This document shows, piece after piece, positions 32,692 through 35,747 of a DNA stretch of 35,747 nucleotides. The translations under genes were made by a program, and so were the position numbers. Each line of letters begins with the position of its first letter. The first letter of the stretch is position 1. The notes below the pieces were generated by a model that was not told the DNA's origin, did not search any database, and saw only the letters and a list, made by a program, of their open reading frames with translations. Origin of the DNA: Gammaproteobacteria bacterium (GTDB lineage: Bacteria > Pseudomonadota > Gammaproteobacteria > Natronospirales > REEB76); NCBI GenBank assembly GCA_036502565.1, contig DASXYJ010000312.1, forward strand, positions 1 through 35,747. Direction: 5' to 3'.

Positions 32692-33779
32692 CTAAGGCAG
32701 GTGAGGCTCGGATAGGTACTCTTTTGTTTGCATCTCGGTCAGCCGGCTCCGGGCCCGCTCGAACTCGAATTCGAGTTTCTTGCCGCTATACAGCTCATCC
32801 AGCCCCACCGCGGCGGAGGCCGCGAGCTTCACGCGCCGGTCGTAGAACTCATCCACCAGGGCGATGAAGCGCCGCGCCGCATCCTCGTCGTCCCGGCCGA
32901 GCTCGGGGATGCCGGAGAGCAGCACGGTATGGAAGCTGCGGGCCAGCTCGATGTAGTCCTCCTGGCTGCGCGGCCCCTCGCAGAGGGCCGCGAAGTCGAA
33001 CCAGGCCACGCCGTCCACGTGGCGGCGGGTCGGGATGTTGCGGCCGTTGATGGCGAGGTCGCCGGCTTCCGGCGCATGGTGGCCCGCCAGGCGCGCGAAC
33101 ACCCTCTCCAGGTGCTCATCGGCCTTGGCGCCGGCAGGCACGTAGAAGAGCTGGGTGTCCTGCATGTGCAGCAGGCGATAGTCGGTGCGGCCGCCAATCT
33201 CCACCACCAGGGTATGGGACTTGATCTGGCGGATGGCGGGCAGGAAGCGCTCCCGCTGCAGGCCGTCCTGGTAGAGCCGGTCCGGCGGCACGTTGGAGGT
33301 GGCCACCAGCGTCACGCCCAGCTGGAACAGGTTCTCGAACAGCCTGCCCAGGATCATGGCATCGGTGATGTCCGAGACGAAGAACTCGTCGAAGCAGATC
33401 ACCCGCGCACGGCTGCGGAAGCGCTGCGCCACCAGCTTCAGGGGATCGGCCTGCTCCGGCAGGGACTTCAGTTCCGCGTGCACCTCATGCATGAAGCGGT
33501 GGAAATGCAGGCGCAGCTTGTCCTCGAAGGGCAGCGAGGCGAAGAAGGTATCCATGAGCCAGGTCTTGCCACGGCCCACGCCGCCCCACAGGTACAGGCC
33601 CTTCACCGCCGGTGCCTCGCGGCCCAGGAAGCGGCTCCAGCTGGCGCGGGGCGCGGTCACCAGGCGCTGATAGAGCGCGTCCAGCACGCCCACGGCTCGG
33701 TCCTGAGCCGGGTCCCGCAGGAACCCATGCTGTTCCAGGTCCGCCTCGTAGCGCTGGCGCGGGGTCTGGGGCTGGTCCA

Positions 33780-33780
<1 letters not shown>
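32692..33780 (-). CDS. zapE: Cell division protein ZapE (AFG1-like ATPase)
   Basis: 362 aa. Walker A is GLYLWGGVGRGKTWLMD and Walker B is VICFDEFFVSDITDA. The typical N-terminus YEADLEQHGFLRDPAQ is present. Confidence 0.9.
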
Positions 33781-35726
<1,946 letters not shown>

Positions 35727-35747
35727 ACTCGGCGGGCCGCTGAGATG

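Overview
High-GC proteobacterial chromosomal segment with 24 supported CDSs and no rRNA, tRNA, CRISPR, transposase or integrase. The core is an amino-acid and lipid catabolic neighbourhood. On the minus strand it holds a DUF1704/QEGLA protein, the giant NAD-glutamate dehydrogenase GdhB, and a 2-oxoacid dehydrogenase E1alpha-E1beta-E2 operon. On the plus strand it holds kynA, the homogentisate pathway (hppD, hmgA, FAH-family hydrolase, maiA) and fadE. At the right end, on the minus strand, are acetoacetyl-CoA synthetase, zapE and a DUF4826 gene. Four things stand out as accessory or unexplained. (1) A co-directional array of three paralogous ~910-aa secreted proteins (23805-32119), each with a signal peptide, a 4-Cys N-module, five IPT/TIG-like repeats and a ~330-aa beta-rich C-domain. 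It lies between housekeeping genes and ends in one strong terminator. This is the best candidate for an undescribed system. (2) Two unrelated, AT-richer lipoprotein genes are wedged with 0-13 nt gaps inside the homogentisate operon. (3) A tandem pair of secreted helical 4-Cys paralogs was duplicated together with a TTGGTG-17-TACAAT promoter-like element. (4) REP-like repeat mosaics occur at 1-422 and 21090-21218, and there is a 543-bp divergent intergenic region with an AT-rich core. Function calls come from motif recognition in the supplied translations; no database search was run.
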